The notes under the pieces: model-generated
The model's database searches: none
Told to the model about the DNA's origin: nothing
Seen by the model: only the letters and a program-made list of their open reading frames with translations
Shown here: positions 8,826 through 18,265 of the stretch, one piece after another
Numbering within the stretch: the stretch's first letter is position 1
How the letters are laid out: every line of letters starts with the position of its first letter
Assembly: GCA_964495805.1 (NCBI GenBank)
Contig: CAZBWV010000035.1
Coordinates: 5,924 to 69,923 of the forward strand
Direction of reading: 5' to 3'
DNA: 64,000 nucleotides
Origin: an uncultured Calditrichaceae bacterium
GTDB taxonomy: Bacteria > Calditrichota > Calditrichia > RBG-13-44-9
Position numbers and translations under genes: made by a program

Positions 8826-9485
8826 TTATTCCACGTTCATTCCTGCGAAACCCAGGAAGGCGATGGACATGAGTCCCGCTACGATGAAGGCAATGGGGAG
8901 TCCGCGAAACGGTTTGGGGACATTGGCCAGTTCTAACTTTTCCCGGATGCCTGCCATCAGGATAAGCACCAGGGTAAACCCAACTCCGGAAGCAAAAGCC
9001 TGCACCAGGGTGTGAATAAAGCTGTTGTGCAACGGCAACCCGTCCTTAAAGAACATATCGATGTTCAGAACCGCCACACCCAGGATGGCACAGTTGGTGG
9101 TGATCAGAGGCAGGTAAATGCCCAGCGCTTTGTACAGGGTGGGACTCACCTTCTGGATGTACATTTCAATAAATTGCACCAGGGCAGCAATTACCAGGAT
9201 AAACACAATGGTTCGCAGGAAGGTCAGATCGGGTACCTTGTCGATGGGAGTGTGGAATACCACATAAAAGATACTCTGGTAAGTGGGCGCCAGGAAGAAA
9301 TTGTACAGCAGCCAGGTCACCAGCGATGCCAGGGTCATCACAAAGGTGACGGCCAGACCCATTCCCACAGCAGAATCCAGTTGTTTGCTAACCCCCATGT
9401 AGGGGCATAGCCCCAGAAATCGTGCCAGCACAAAGTTGTTGATGAAAATCGAAAGGATGATGAGTTGAAAAATGCCGTATTCCAT
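8826..9485 (-). CDS. rnfA: Rnf electron transport complex subunit A
   Basis: [39 protein letters not shown], the RnfA/NqrE family signature. Confidence 0.85.
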   Translation of the reverse strand: MEYGIFQLIILSIFINNFVLARFLGLCPYMGVSKQLDSAVGMGLAVTFVMTLASLVTWLLYNFFLAPTYQSIFYVVFHTPIDKVPDLTFLRTIVFILVIAALVQFIEMYIQKVSPTLYKALGIYLPLITTNCAILGVAVLNIDMFFKDGLPLHNSFIHTLVQAFASGVGFTLVLILMAGIREKLELANVPKPFRGLPIAFIVAGLMSIAFLGFAGMNVE

Positions 9486-9501
9486 TTTATTCCCTCAACG
9501 G

Positions 9502-10128
9502 TTATTTTTTACGAGATTCCAGCCAGTTCAAACCACCCAGATAAAGTCCGATGACCAGAAACGCTCCCGGGGGCAGGATCATAAGCAGCACCGGCTGGTA
9601 GCCGGAGCCAAGAATGTTCACTCCAAGCAAATGTCCGCTCCCCAGCAGTTCCCGGGCAAAGGCAATTGCCGTCAGAGCAATGGTGAAACCCAACCCCATC
9701 CCCAGACCGTCCAGAATGGAGGCAAACACCGGGTTTTTGCTGGCAAAACCTTCTGCCCGCCCCAGGATGATACAGTTTACCACAATGAGGGGAATGAAAA
9801 TCCCCAGAGATTCGGACAGGGCGGGGAAGTAGGCGGACATCACCATCTCCACAATGGTCACAAAGGAGGCGATGACCACGATGAAGATGGGAATGCGGAT
9901 TTTGTTGATGCTTTTTAATCCCTCTTCGGACAGTGTTTTCTGGAACAGCTTCATGAGCAGGGAGACGATGGTATTGGAACTGACCAGCACGAAAATCACC
10001 GCCACTCCCATTCCGATGGCGTTATTAATGGAGGTGCTGACTGCCAGCGTGGGGCACAACCCCAGCGCCAGCCGGAACACCGGATTTTCTTTAAGAATGC
10101 CTTTGGTCAAATCGTTTAACGAGGCCAT
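9502..10128 (-). CDS. rnfE: Rnf electron transport complex subunit E
   Basis: ENPVFRLALGLCPTLAVSTSINNAIGMGVAVIFVL and GIFIPLIVVNCIILGRAEGFA, the RnfE/NqrD family signature. Confidence 0.85.
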   Translation of the reverse strand: MASLNDLTKGILKENPVFRLALGLCPTLAVSTSINNAIGMGVAVIFVLVSSNTIVSLLMKLFQKTLSEEGLKSINKIRIPIFIVVIASFVTIVEMVMSAYFPALSESLGIFIPLIVVNCIILGRAEGFASKNPVFASILDGLGMGLGFTIALTAIAFARELLGSGHLLGVNILGSGYQPVLLMILPPGAFLVIGLYLGGLNWLESRKK

Positions 10129-10136
10129 GCGAATTC

Positions 10137-10772
10137 TTACCCTCCGATTTTATGGGAAGCATCTGCGGTAATGCCCAGTTCGGGCAACAGAGTCTGCAAT
10201 TTGTTTTTAATGGCGTTGGTAATGGCGCGCGAGGTGATGGTCGCGCCGGTGATGCTGATGATTTTTCCGCCGTCTTTATCCACCTTCAGATCGTCCACCG
10301 TTTTCCCGACAAACTGTTCGGTGCTCCAGTGTTTGCCGTCGAACGGTGGGTCTTCCACGCAGCGGGCACCCAGGCCGGGTGTCTCTTTTTGCGAGATGAT
10401 TTTAATCTTTTTGATTTTCCCGGTAGGATCAATGCCCACCATGATTTCGATGATGCTGCTGTAACCGGAACCGTAAGCCATGAATGCATAGCCGGAGATT
10501 TGCGTGCTGTCCGCATCTGCATAGCCGATGTAGTAAACCACTTCCGAACGCTCATACAAAGTGTTGCCTTTGCTGTCCTTGACGGGCACCTTGCGCACGA
10601 TGGGCTTTACAACCTTCGCTTCCGGAAGCACAATCTGCAGAGCTTTACGCGTTTTCGCCTGTTTTTGCAGTTCAATTTGGGGCCGGGTGATGTTGTAAAT
10701 TTCGGCCAGGACCCAGGCCGCAATCAGTGTCACGATGGCCAGAATGAAACTTAACCGAAAAATATTACCCAT
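10137..10772 (-). CDS. rnfG: Rnf complex subunit G (FMN-binding)
   Basis: An N-terminal TM helix and the FMN_bind motifs GYSSIIEIMVGID, ETPGLG and ITGATITSRAI. It overlaps rnfD by 8 nt. Confidence 0.85.
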   Translation of the reverse strand: MGNIFRLSFILAIVTLIAAWVLAEIYNITRPQIELQKQAKTRKALQIVLPEAKVVKPIVRKVPVKDSKGNTLYERSEVVYYIGYADADSTQISGYAFMAYGSGYSSIIEIMVGIDPTGKIKKIKIISQKETPGLGARCVEDPPFDGKHWSTEQFVGKTVDDLKVDKDGGKIISITGATITSRAITNAIKNKLQTLLPELGITADASHKIGG

Positions 10773-11820
10773 TTTTCTTTACCTCTCCAAATACTCTGGG
10801 AACCGTGTAACGGTCAATTAAAGGAACAGCCAGGTTCATTAACAGAATGGCGTAGCTCACCCCTTCGGGGTATCCGCCCCAGATTCGAATGGCCACGGTT
10901 AAAATACCCACCCCCACGGCAAATATATATTGCCCTTTTGCGGTAATGGGGGAGGTCACCATGTCTGTCGCCATGTAAAAAGCGCCCAGCATCAATCCGC
11001 CGGACAGAATGTGGAAAATCCAGTTACCGGTAAACAGCCCCTCCGTCCCGCCAAAAATCCAGGCCAGCACAGCTACCGTACCGATGTAGGTAAATGGAAT
11101 CCGCCAGTCGATCACATGGCGGTAAAACATGATCAGTGCTCCAATGAGCAGGGCAATGACTGAGGTTTCTCCCAGACATCCGCCCACATTACCCACCAAC
11201 AAATTGGTGTAGCTGCTGGAAAGCTTTGCAATGGCATCCTGTGCCTGCTGGAGCTGAGTCGGATCGTACATCTCCGGATGAGCAATTATTTTGGCCGACT
11301 GTTTGAGCAAATTTAGCGGTGTTGCACTGGTAATAGCGGCAATGCCGGAGACGGTTCCTGTTTTTGGTGGCAGGAAGCTGGCATTTGCTGTCATCTGCAC
11401 CGGCCAGGAGGCCAGCAAAAATGCTCGTGCAGCCAGTGCGGGATTCAGAATGTTGTAACCCAGTCCGCCGAACAATTCCTTTACAATGGCAATGGCAAAC
11501 ACCGAACCCACTACCGGCATCCACCAGGGAACCGAAGGAGGCAGGTTGTACGCCAGCAGAATGCCGGTTACCACCGCTGCGCCATCGTGTACCCGGATCG
11601 GTTTATGGGCGAACTTCTGAATGAGCGCCTCGGTAGCAACGGCAGCCAGCACCGAAAGCAGGGTAATCCACAACGCCTTGAATCCAAAAAAATAGACGGC
11701 CATAATCAGCGCCGGGAGCAGAGCGATGTTTACCGTCCACATGATTTTGGCCACGGAGTCCTTATCGCGCACATGGGGCGAAGATGTTACCACAAAGAGC
11801 TTTTCGTTTACCTCAGTCAT
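10765..11820 (-). CDS. rnfD: Rnf complex subunit D
   Basis: SSPHVRDKDSVAKIMWTVNIALLPAL and polytopic RnfD/NqrB family features. Confidence 0.85.
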   Translation of the reverse strand: MTEVNEKLFVVTSSPHVRDKDSVAKIMWTVNIALLPALIMAVYFFGFKALWITLLSVLAAVATEALIQKFAHKPIRVHDGAAVVTGILLAYNLPPSVPWWMPVVGSVFAIAIVKELFGGLGYNILNPALAARAFLLASWPVQMTANASFLPPKTGTVSGIAAITSATPLNLLKQSAKIIAHPEMYDPTQLQQAQDAIAKLSSSYTNLLVGNVGGCLGETSVIALLIGALIMFYRHVIDWRIPFTYIGTVAVLAWIFGGTEGLFTGNWIFHILSGGLMLGAFYMATDMVTSPITAKGQYIFAVGVGILTVAIRIWGGYPEGVSYAILLMNLAVPLIDRYTVPRVFGEVKKNG

Positions 11821-11886
11821 TTTCTATTGCGCCTTTTTAAATTGTCCTGTTTGTTTACTTCTACGGAAAATGGCGCGCCAGCCCAA

Positions 11887-13221
11887 TTATGCGCTGGCTT
11901 TACGCCGCATTTCCAGAACTTTCCGTTTTCCCAGACGAATGGCGTGTACCAGCCTGCGATTCGCCGGGCAAATGTATGAGCAGGAACCACACTCGATGCA
12001 GTCCATCACATGGTACTTTTCAGCATCTTCGAACCGTTTGTTTTCCACCAGCATCTGCAAGGTGGTGGGCAACAGATGCATGGGACATACTTCCACGCAG
12101 CGCCCGCATCCAATGCACGGGTCTTCCGGGGGAAGCTTCGCTTCCGCTTCTTCAAATACCAGGATGCCAGAAGTCCCTTTTACCACCGGTACGTCCAGGT
12201 TCGGCTGTGCCAATCCCATCATGGGTCCGCCCATGATGATTTTCCGGGCATTTTCACTGAGCCCCCCGCAAAACGAGACCACATCTTTAAAGGGAGTTCC
12301 GATGGGCACCAGCACGTTTTTCGGTTCTTTGATGCCCGGGCCGGTTACGGTTACCACCCGATGGGTGAGTGGTCGTTTGTACGCCACGGCATCGTAGATG
12401 GCTCTGGCTGTGCCTACGTTTTGCACCACCACTCCCACATCCATGGGGAGGCCGCCGGTGGGTACTTCGCGATTCAGAATGGCTTTGATGAGCTGTTTTT
12501 CGGCACCCTGTGGGTATTTCACCGGTAGCACGGCAATCTGGATGTTCCGGTGGTTCGCCGCCGCCTGGCGCATTTTTTCCACCGCATCCATTTTGTTGTT
12601 CTCAATTCCAACAATCCCCCGCTCCACTCCCAGAATCTTCATGATGATTTCCAGCCCTTTGATGATTTCCTCCGCCTGTTCCAGCATCAGTCGATGGTCG
12701 GCAGTCAGGTAGGGCTCACACTCAGCACCGTTTAGAATGGCCACGTCAATTTTTTTGTCCGGGGGAGGGGATAGCTTGACGTGTGTAGGGAATGTCGCAC
12801 CACCCAGACCAGCCAGACCGGCCTCTTTAATCCGATCGCGCATCTCCTGAGCGGACAACTTCAGATATCCAGAGTCAAATTCCAGTCCTTCTACCCAATC
12901 CTCTCCACTGCCCTCCCCTCGCTCAATCACAATGGCTTTGCCCCGTCCGGAAACCGGATGCAGCACATCCAGGATGCCCTTTACCTTACCGGAAATGGAA
13001 GCGTGAATGGGCACGGAGACAAAACCGGTTGCATCAGCAATTTTCTGCCCCGCCAGCACCGAATCGCCTTTCGCCACCAGAGGTTTGGTCGGTGCGCCAA
13101 TGTGTTGCTGCAGGGGGATGTAAACGGTTGCAGGGGTGGGAAGCGTTTCGATGGGTTTCTTGTCGGTGAATTCTTTTCCTTCAAACGGATGAACACCACC
13201 TTCGAACGTTTGTTTGCTCAC
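11887..13221 (-). CDS. rnfC: Rnf complex subunit C (NADH-binding, 2x[4Fe-4S])
   Basis: GGVHPFEGKE, HIGAP, and two ferredoxin motifs CIGCGRCVEVCP and CIECGSCSYICP. Confidence 0.85.
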   Translation of the reverse strand: MSKQTFEGGVHPFEGKEFTDKKPIETLPTPATVYIPLQQHIGAPTKPLVAKGDSVLAGQKIADATGFVSVPIHASISGKVKGILDVLHPVSGRGKAIVIERGEGSGEDWVEGLEFDSGYLKLSAQEMRDRIKEAGLAGLGGATFPTHVKLSPPPDKKIDVAILNGAECEPYLTADHRLMLEQAEEIIKGLEIIMKILGVERGIVGIENNKMDAVEKMRQAAANHRNIQIAVLPVKYPQGAEKQLIKAILNREVPTGGLPMDVGVVVQNVGTARAIYDAVAYKRPLTHRVVTVTGPGIKEPKNVLVPIGTPFKDVVSFCGGLSENARKIIMGGPMMGLAQPNLDVPVVKGTSGILVFEEAEAKLPPEDPCIGCGRCVEVCPMHLLPTTLQMLVENKRFEDAEKYHVMDCIECGSCSYICPANRRLVHAIRLGKRKVLEMRRKASA

Positions 13222-13460
13222 AGTCTCTACCTTTGTGTTAATTCGAACCGAACACTCTTTTTAAGAAACCGAAACTTACAGGCGAAAAATATATCAAACT
13301 ATCTCTATAATTTTCAAGATGTTTTTAAGAAAGTGAAGAGCCCGGCCCAAAGAGAAAAATCAAAGACGGATGAAACACGGTTTGCGTGTGAAAGTTTTCT
13401 CTTTCTATAGACTGTTTCGGCTTTGCCTCGCTGGTTTCTACTTCTATCATTGATTTTAAA

Positions 13461-14243
13461 ATGCGCTCAATCTATATTCCCGAATTGTTAATGAAGGAAC
13501 AAGGTTTTATGGGACGGACTTTCTTTATATCGGACGTGCATCTGGGGACCAGCCACGCCAAATCGGAACTTCAGAAGGAAAAACGGCTCCTTTCTTTTTT
13601 CGACTACGTTGCGCAATACGGCGATCGCCTGTTTATTGTGGGAGATTTATTTGATTTCTGGTTCGAATATCGAACGGTGATTCCCAAAGGATATTCCCGC
13701 GTACTGTGTGCCCTGTCGCAGTTGCGGGAACTGGGCAAAGAGATGCACTACATTGCCGGAAACCATGACTTCTGGATGCGCGATTATTTGCAAAGGGAGT
13801 TCAACATACAGATTCATTTCGATGATCTATCTTATACTCTGGATGGGAAACGGTTTTACCTGTTCCATGGGGACGGATTATCCCGCAGTGATTGGGGGTA
13901 TCGTTTGTTGAAGAAAATTTTTCGATGCCGGGTCAACATCTTTCTGTACGGTTTGCTCCATCCGGACCTGGGGGTTCCCCTGGCCAGATGGGTTTCTTCC
14001 CTTAGCCGCGCCCATACCAGCGGATATGGTCCGCCGGACGATTCGGACTATCTCAGAGAAGCTTCACGGAAGTTTCAGGAAGGATTCGATTACGTGATTT
14101 TTGGGCATCTGCACTTCCCCAAACTGGAGTATTTCGGCCAGAAAGTTTATGTGAATTTAGGGGATTGGATTGAGCATTTCACCTACGCCGAATACGATGG
14201 GGAGGAGTTGCGACTTCTGGAATGGAAAGGATTTGGACTGTAA
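13461..14243 (+). CDS. lpxH: UDP-2,3-diacylglucosamine diphosphatase LpxH-like metallophosphoesterase
   Basis: FFISDVHLG, FIVGDLFDFWFEY and AGNHDFW are calcineurin-like / LpxH motifs. The start could be an internal Met (MGRTFF). Confidence 0.7.
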   Translation: MRSIYIPELLMKEQGFMGRTFFISDVHLGTSHAKSELQKEKRLLSFFDYVAQYGDRLFIVGDLFDFWFEYRTVIPKGYSRVLCALSQLRELGKEMHYIAGNHDFWMRDYLQREFNIQIHFDDLSYTLDGKRFYLFHGDGLSRSDWGYRLLKKIFRCRVNIFLYGLLHPDLGVPLARWVSSLSRAHTSGYGPPDDSDYLREASRKFQEGFDYVIFGHLHFPKLEYFGQKVYVNLGDWIEHFTYAEYDGEELRLLEWKGFGL

Positions 14244-14354
14244 GCCAGCCAGGGTGTTTTCTCTCCGAAAACAAATTTACTCACTCTATTGACTTGGCTC
14301 CGAAAAATTGTTTTATTTGCAAGCTTTAAAATTTTGAAGATACTGGAGGATACC

Positions 14355-14501
14355 ATGAAGCGTACATATCAGCCCCATAACCGAAAGCGGAAAAATAAAC
14401 ACGGTTTTCGTGCCCGCATGAAAACAAAGAACGGGCGAAAAGTACTGGCGCGCCGTCGGGCGAAAGGACGTCGTCGTTTAACTGTTAGCGATGAATTCTA
14501 A
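14355..14501 (+). CDS. rpmH: 50S ribosomal protein L34
   Basis: [42 protein letters not shown], with a GGAGGA SD 5 nt upstream. Confidence 0.9.
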   Translation: MKRTYQPHNRKRKNKHGFRARMKTKNGRKVLARRRAKGRRRLTVSDEF

Positions 14502-14814
14502 AAAACGGTTCTCCCTGCCCCGCCGGATTATCCTGAAGCGACGAAAAGAAATTGGTCGGGTGTTAAGCGAAGGCCGGAAAATAACCGGTGAGATTTTTAA
14601 CACCTTTATCCTGTCCGATGGAGAAACCGGGGTGGCTTTTCTGGTCAGTCGGCGAATCGGCAATGCGGTTCGCCGAAACCGCATGAAACGACTGCTGCGC
14701 GAAGCGTATCGGTTAAACCGGGAGAAGTTCTCTGGCAAAAAGGTGGTCTTTTACATCAAAAAATTTCATGATGATTTTCACCGGATTGTCAACATCATCC
14801 AAAACGTTGAATAA
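14491..14814 (+). CDS. rnpA: RNase P protein component
   Basis: [13 protein letters not shown]...[21 protein letters not shown]. It overlaps the rpmH stop. Confidence 0.85.
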   Translation: MNSKKRFSLPRRIILKRRKEIGRVLSEGRKITGEIFNTFILSDGETGVAFLVSRRIGNAVRRNRMKRLLREAYRLNREKFSGKKVVFYIKKFHDDFHRIVNIIQNVE

Positions 14815-14817
14815 ACC

Positions 14818-15054
14818 ATGAAGCACATCCTGGCATTTATCATTAAGTTGTACCGAAAGCTCATCTCGCCTCTGTTCCCACCATCCTGTCGTTTTTACCC
14901 CACCTGTTCGGAATACTCCGAAGAAGCCATTCTTCGGTTTGGCGTAATTCGGGGAGGGTGGTTGGCTGTCAAGCGAGTGAGCAAGTGTCACCCCTTTCAT
15001 CCGGGAGGGTACGATCCCGTTCCAACATCATTGAAGAGGAAAGAGAATGGATAA
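14818..15054 (+). CDS. yidD: membrane protein insertion efficiency factor YidD
   Basis: [31 protein letters not shown]... Confidence 0.85.
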   Translation: MKHILAFIIKLYRKLISPLFPPSCRFYPTCSEYSEEAILRFGVIRGGWLAVKRVSKCHPFHPGGYDPVPTSLKRKENG

Positions 15055-16855
15055 ACGCACATTCATTGGAATTGTTCTAATTATCATCATCACCCTGATG
15101 ATGCCCTTTTACCAGCGCTGGATTATGGGTGACCGGCCCCCACAACAACCGGTACAACAGGCTGTGGCACCGGATAGCCTTGCCGAAACAGAAACTCCGA
15201 TCGATACGGCAATGAACCACCGGATGACGGCTGCTGCGGATACGGCGTTAAGTCAGCCGGTTGAAGAAATGGCAGACACCACCCGGATTGCGCTTCGGGG
15301 GGCGGAACAGGTGAAACGGCTGGTGGTGGAAAACAAATACATCCGGGCGGAGTGGAGCACCGAAGACGGCGGGAATCCGGTTCGGTGGGAACTGAAAAAT
15401 TATGGTTATTATAAAGGTGGGAATGTTAATCTTATCGACCGGAACAGCCTGGATGTCGTGTTCATGAATAAGGATGGCAAGGAAATCCACTTAAACCGGT
15501 TCAATATGTATGCAGATTTTCCGGACCATCAGTCGGTGAATCTGACCGAATCCGGAGATTCGGCGTTTGTGTTTCAGTTTTATTTGCCCGTACGAAACGG
15601 AAAAATTGTGAAGACCATTCGCTTTTATCCCGATAAATACTCCGTGGATGTGGAGGTCCGTTTCGAAAATCTGCGCGATTACGTCATTAATCGGAAATAC
15701 GGATTGGCCTGGAAGAACGGGCTGCCTCCCACCGAAGAAAACATTCGGGACGACCTGAATTACAGTCGGGCGTTTGTTTACATGGCCGAAGAGCTGGAAG
15801 GGTTCGATGCCAATGATAAATACAAAGAGGAAAGTTTTAAGGGTCGAGTGGATTGGGTGGCAGTACGAACCAAGTATTTTCTCAGTGCCATCATTCCACA
15901 GCAACCGGAGCGAACCATTGGCGCCACGCTGGGCGGAGTAAAAACTAAAGAGGACGGGATTGAACACAAACGGTTTACCGCTGCTCTGGAAACCGAATAT
16001 CAACCGGTCGATCAATATTCCGACAATTTTACCGTTTATCTGGGACCGCTGGATTATTACATCCTGAAAAAGTATGGTGTGAACCTTCAGGTGCTGGTGA
16101 TGAACAAAGACTGGTACGAACGGTTATTCCGTCCCATCAGCCTGATTATCATCCCGGCGTTTCAGTTCCTGTACCGATTCATCCCCAATTACGGCTTTGT
16201 GATTATTGTTTTCTCCATTCTGATTAAGCTGATTCTGTATCCGCTCACCAAGAAGAGCTACCAATCCATGAGCGAGATGCAGTACCTGCAGCCCAAGATG
16301 ACCGAATTGCGGGAGAAGTACAAAAATGATCCCCAGCGCCTGAATCGCGAAATGATGAGACTGTACAAAGAGCACGGGGTGAATCCGTTAGGAGGGTGCT
16401 TGCCCACGCTGCTACAGATGCCTTTGCTCTTTGCTTTGTTTATTGTGTTCCGTTCCACTATTCAATTGCGCGGACAGCCTTTTATTGGGTGGATCACCGA
16501 CCTTTCCCGGCCGGACAAATTGCCGCTGGGTGTGCATCTTCCGTTGATCGGGGACAATATTCATGTGCTGCCAATCCTGATGGGATTAACCATGATCTGG
16601 CAGTCCAAAATATCCATGACCGATCCCAAGCAGAAGATGATGGTCTATTTCATGCCCATTTTTATGATATTCATTTTTTATTCGCTACCTTCCGGGTTAA
16701 ACCTGTATTATGCGGTATTCAACCTGTTAAGCATGATTCAGACCCATTACATCAAAAAGAAAATGCATCCTAACGGGGTACCGCCGGTTGCGGAAAAAGC
16801 GCCGGTTCGTTCGAAAAAGGTGGAGCGCGGAGGCACCACCAAAAAGAAGTCGTAA
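15047..16855 (+). CDS. yidC: membrane protein insertase YidC
   Basis: An N-terminal TM helix, a large periplasmic domain, and a C-terminal 5-TM core ([29 protein letters not shown]), in conserved rpmH-rnpA-yidD-yidC synteny. Confidence 0.85.
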   Translation: MDKRTFIGIVLIIIITLMMPFYQRWIMGDRPPQQPVQQAVAPDSLAETETPIDTAMNHRMTAAADTALSQPVEEMADTTRIALRGAEQVKRLVVENKYIRAEWSTEDGGNPVRWELKNYGYYKGGNVNLIDRNSLDVVFMNKDGKEIHLNRFNMYADFPDHQSVNLTESGDSAFVFQFYLPVRNGKIVKTIRFYPDKYSVDVEVRFENLRDYVINRKYGLAWKNGLPPTEENIRDDLNYSRAFVYMAEELEGFDANDKYKEESFKGRVDWVAVRTKYFLSAIIPQQPERTIGATLGGVKTKEDGIEHKRFTAALETEYQPVDQYSDNFTVYLGPLDYYILKKYGVNLQVLVMNKDWYERLFRPISLIIIPAFQFLYRFIPNYGFVIIVFSILIKLILYPLTKKSYQSMSEMQYLQPKMTELREKYKNDPQRLNREMMRLYKEHGVNPLGGCLPTLLQMPLLFALFIVFRSTIQLRGQPFIGWITDLSRPDKLPLGVHLPLIGDNIHVLPILMGLTMIWQSKISMTDPKQKMMVYFMPIFMIFIFYSLPSGLNLYYAVFNLLSMIQTHYIKKKMHPNGVPPVAEKAPVRSKKVERGGTTKKKS

Positions 16856-16864
16856 CCTCAGATC

Positions 16865-18253
16865 ATGAACATTTTCCCGACGGAAGACACCATTGTCGCC
16901 CTTTCCACTCCGGCCGGAAAGGGCGCTCTTGCTATTGTTCGAATGAGCGGGGAGAAAAGTCTGGAGATTGTGAATCAGATGTTCTCCCGGCCGATATCGC
17001 CGAAGGCGCATCGGAAAGCGCATTTTGGTAAAATTGTTCATCCGGAGAGCGGGGAGGTGGTGGATGAGGTGGTGGTCACCTTTTTTCGGGCACCTCACTC
17101 CTATACGGGCGAACACGTGGTGGAGATTTCCTGCCACAACAATTTTTTAATTGTAGATCAAATCATTCGGCTGGCTATTGCCCGGGGAGCCAGACCGGCG
17201 CGGCCCGGAGAGTTTACCGAACGGGCATTTTTAAACCACAAGCTGGACCTGGCTCAGGCCGAAGCTGTAGCCAGTTTAATCGATTCCAGAACCCGATTGG
17301 GTGTGCGCACTTCCCTGCGCCAGTTGGAAGGAGGACTCTCCCGAAAAATCCACCGGCTCAAAGAGCAACTGATGAACATATTGGCCCTGGTGGAAGTTAG
17401 CCTGGATTTTAACGAAGAAGAGATGGAGGTCTATCGTCCGGATGAGCTGGAGCAAGCGGCACAAAAAGTGGTGAAAGAGCTGGAGCGGTTGTTAAGTAGC
17501 TATTCCCTGGGACGATTGTTAAACGAAGGATTGCGGCTGGTATTACTGGGTAAGCCCAATGTGGGAAAGTCCAGTTTACTCAACCATCTGTTGCAGCACG
17601 AACGGGCCATTGTGAGCGAAATCCCTGGCACCACCCGGGATTACATTGAGGAGACGGTGGAGATTGAGGGAATCCCGGTTCAGGTGGTGGACACGGCCGG
17701 GGTGCGGGAAACACGCGATCCCGTGGAAGAGGCGGGAGTAAAACGAGCGCTGGAACATGCCCGCACCGCGGATATCGTGCTGGCCATGTTCGATGCCCAC
17801 AGCGAATTGGATAAGGACGATCGGCGGTTACTGGAATTGTTGCAGGAGTTGAGAAATTCGGGTACCATAATTCTGGTGTGCAACAAAATAGATCTGGGTT
17901 GTCATCCGGGCACCCTGGAACAGTTGTCCCGGCTGAAACGTTTGATGGTGAGAATATCTGCTTTAACGGGCGAAGGAGTGGCGGAATTGCGTCAACGGAT
18001 TAAGCAGGCGGTAGTAGCGGGTGAGGTGGGGGAGGATGAACTGCTTTTAACCAGCGCACGGCATCGGGTAGCGGTGGAAAAAGCCCGGGAAGCACTGCTT
18101 TCCTTCATCCGGGGGCTTCGGCTGAAAGCCGATGAGGTCATTCTGGCCACCGATTTACGCAGTGCACTGGATTATCTGGGGGAAGTGGTGGGCGAGACCA
18201 CCACGGAAGATATCTTAAATCACATATTCGGCCAATTTTGCATTGGCAAATAG
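16865..18253 (+). CDS. mnmE: tRNA modification GTPase MnmE
   Basis: TIVALSTPAGKGALAIVRMSG, the G domain GKPNVGKSSLLN, and a C-terminal CIGK. Confidence 0.9.
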   Translation: MNIFPTEDTIVALSTPAGKGALAIVRMSGEKSLEIVNQMFSRPISPKAHRKAHFGKIVHPESGEVVDEVVVTFFRAPHSYTGEHVVEISCHNNFLIVDQIIRLAIARGARPARPGEFTERAFLNHKLDLAQAEAVASLIDSRTRLGVRTSLRQLEGGLSRKIHRLKEQLMNILALVEVSLDFNEEEMEVYRPDELEQAAQKVVKELERLLSSYSLGRLLNEGLRLVLLGKPNVGKSSLLNHLLQHERAIVSEIPGTTRDYIEETVEIEGIPVQVVDTAGVRETRDPVEEAGVKRALEHARTADIVLAMFDAHSELDKDDRRLLELLQELRNSGTIILVCNKIDLGCHPGTLEQLSRLKRLMVRISALTGEGVAELRQRIKQAVVAGEVGEDELLLTSARHRVAVEKAREALLSFIRGLRLKADEVILATDLRSALDYLGEVVGETTTEDILNHIFGQFCIGK

Positions 18254-18265
18254 ATCGTTTGGCAG

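Noticed and set aside
14244-14354. dnaA/dnaN and a canonical oriC upstream of rpmH
   Set aside because: The gene upstream of rpmH is an LpxH-like phosphoesterase and then the rnf operon. dnaA is not in this window, so the origin cannot be placed here.
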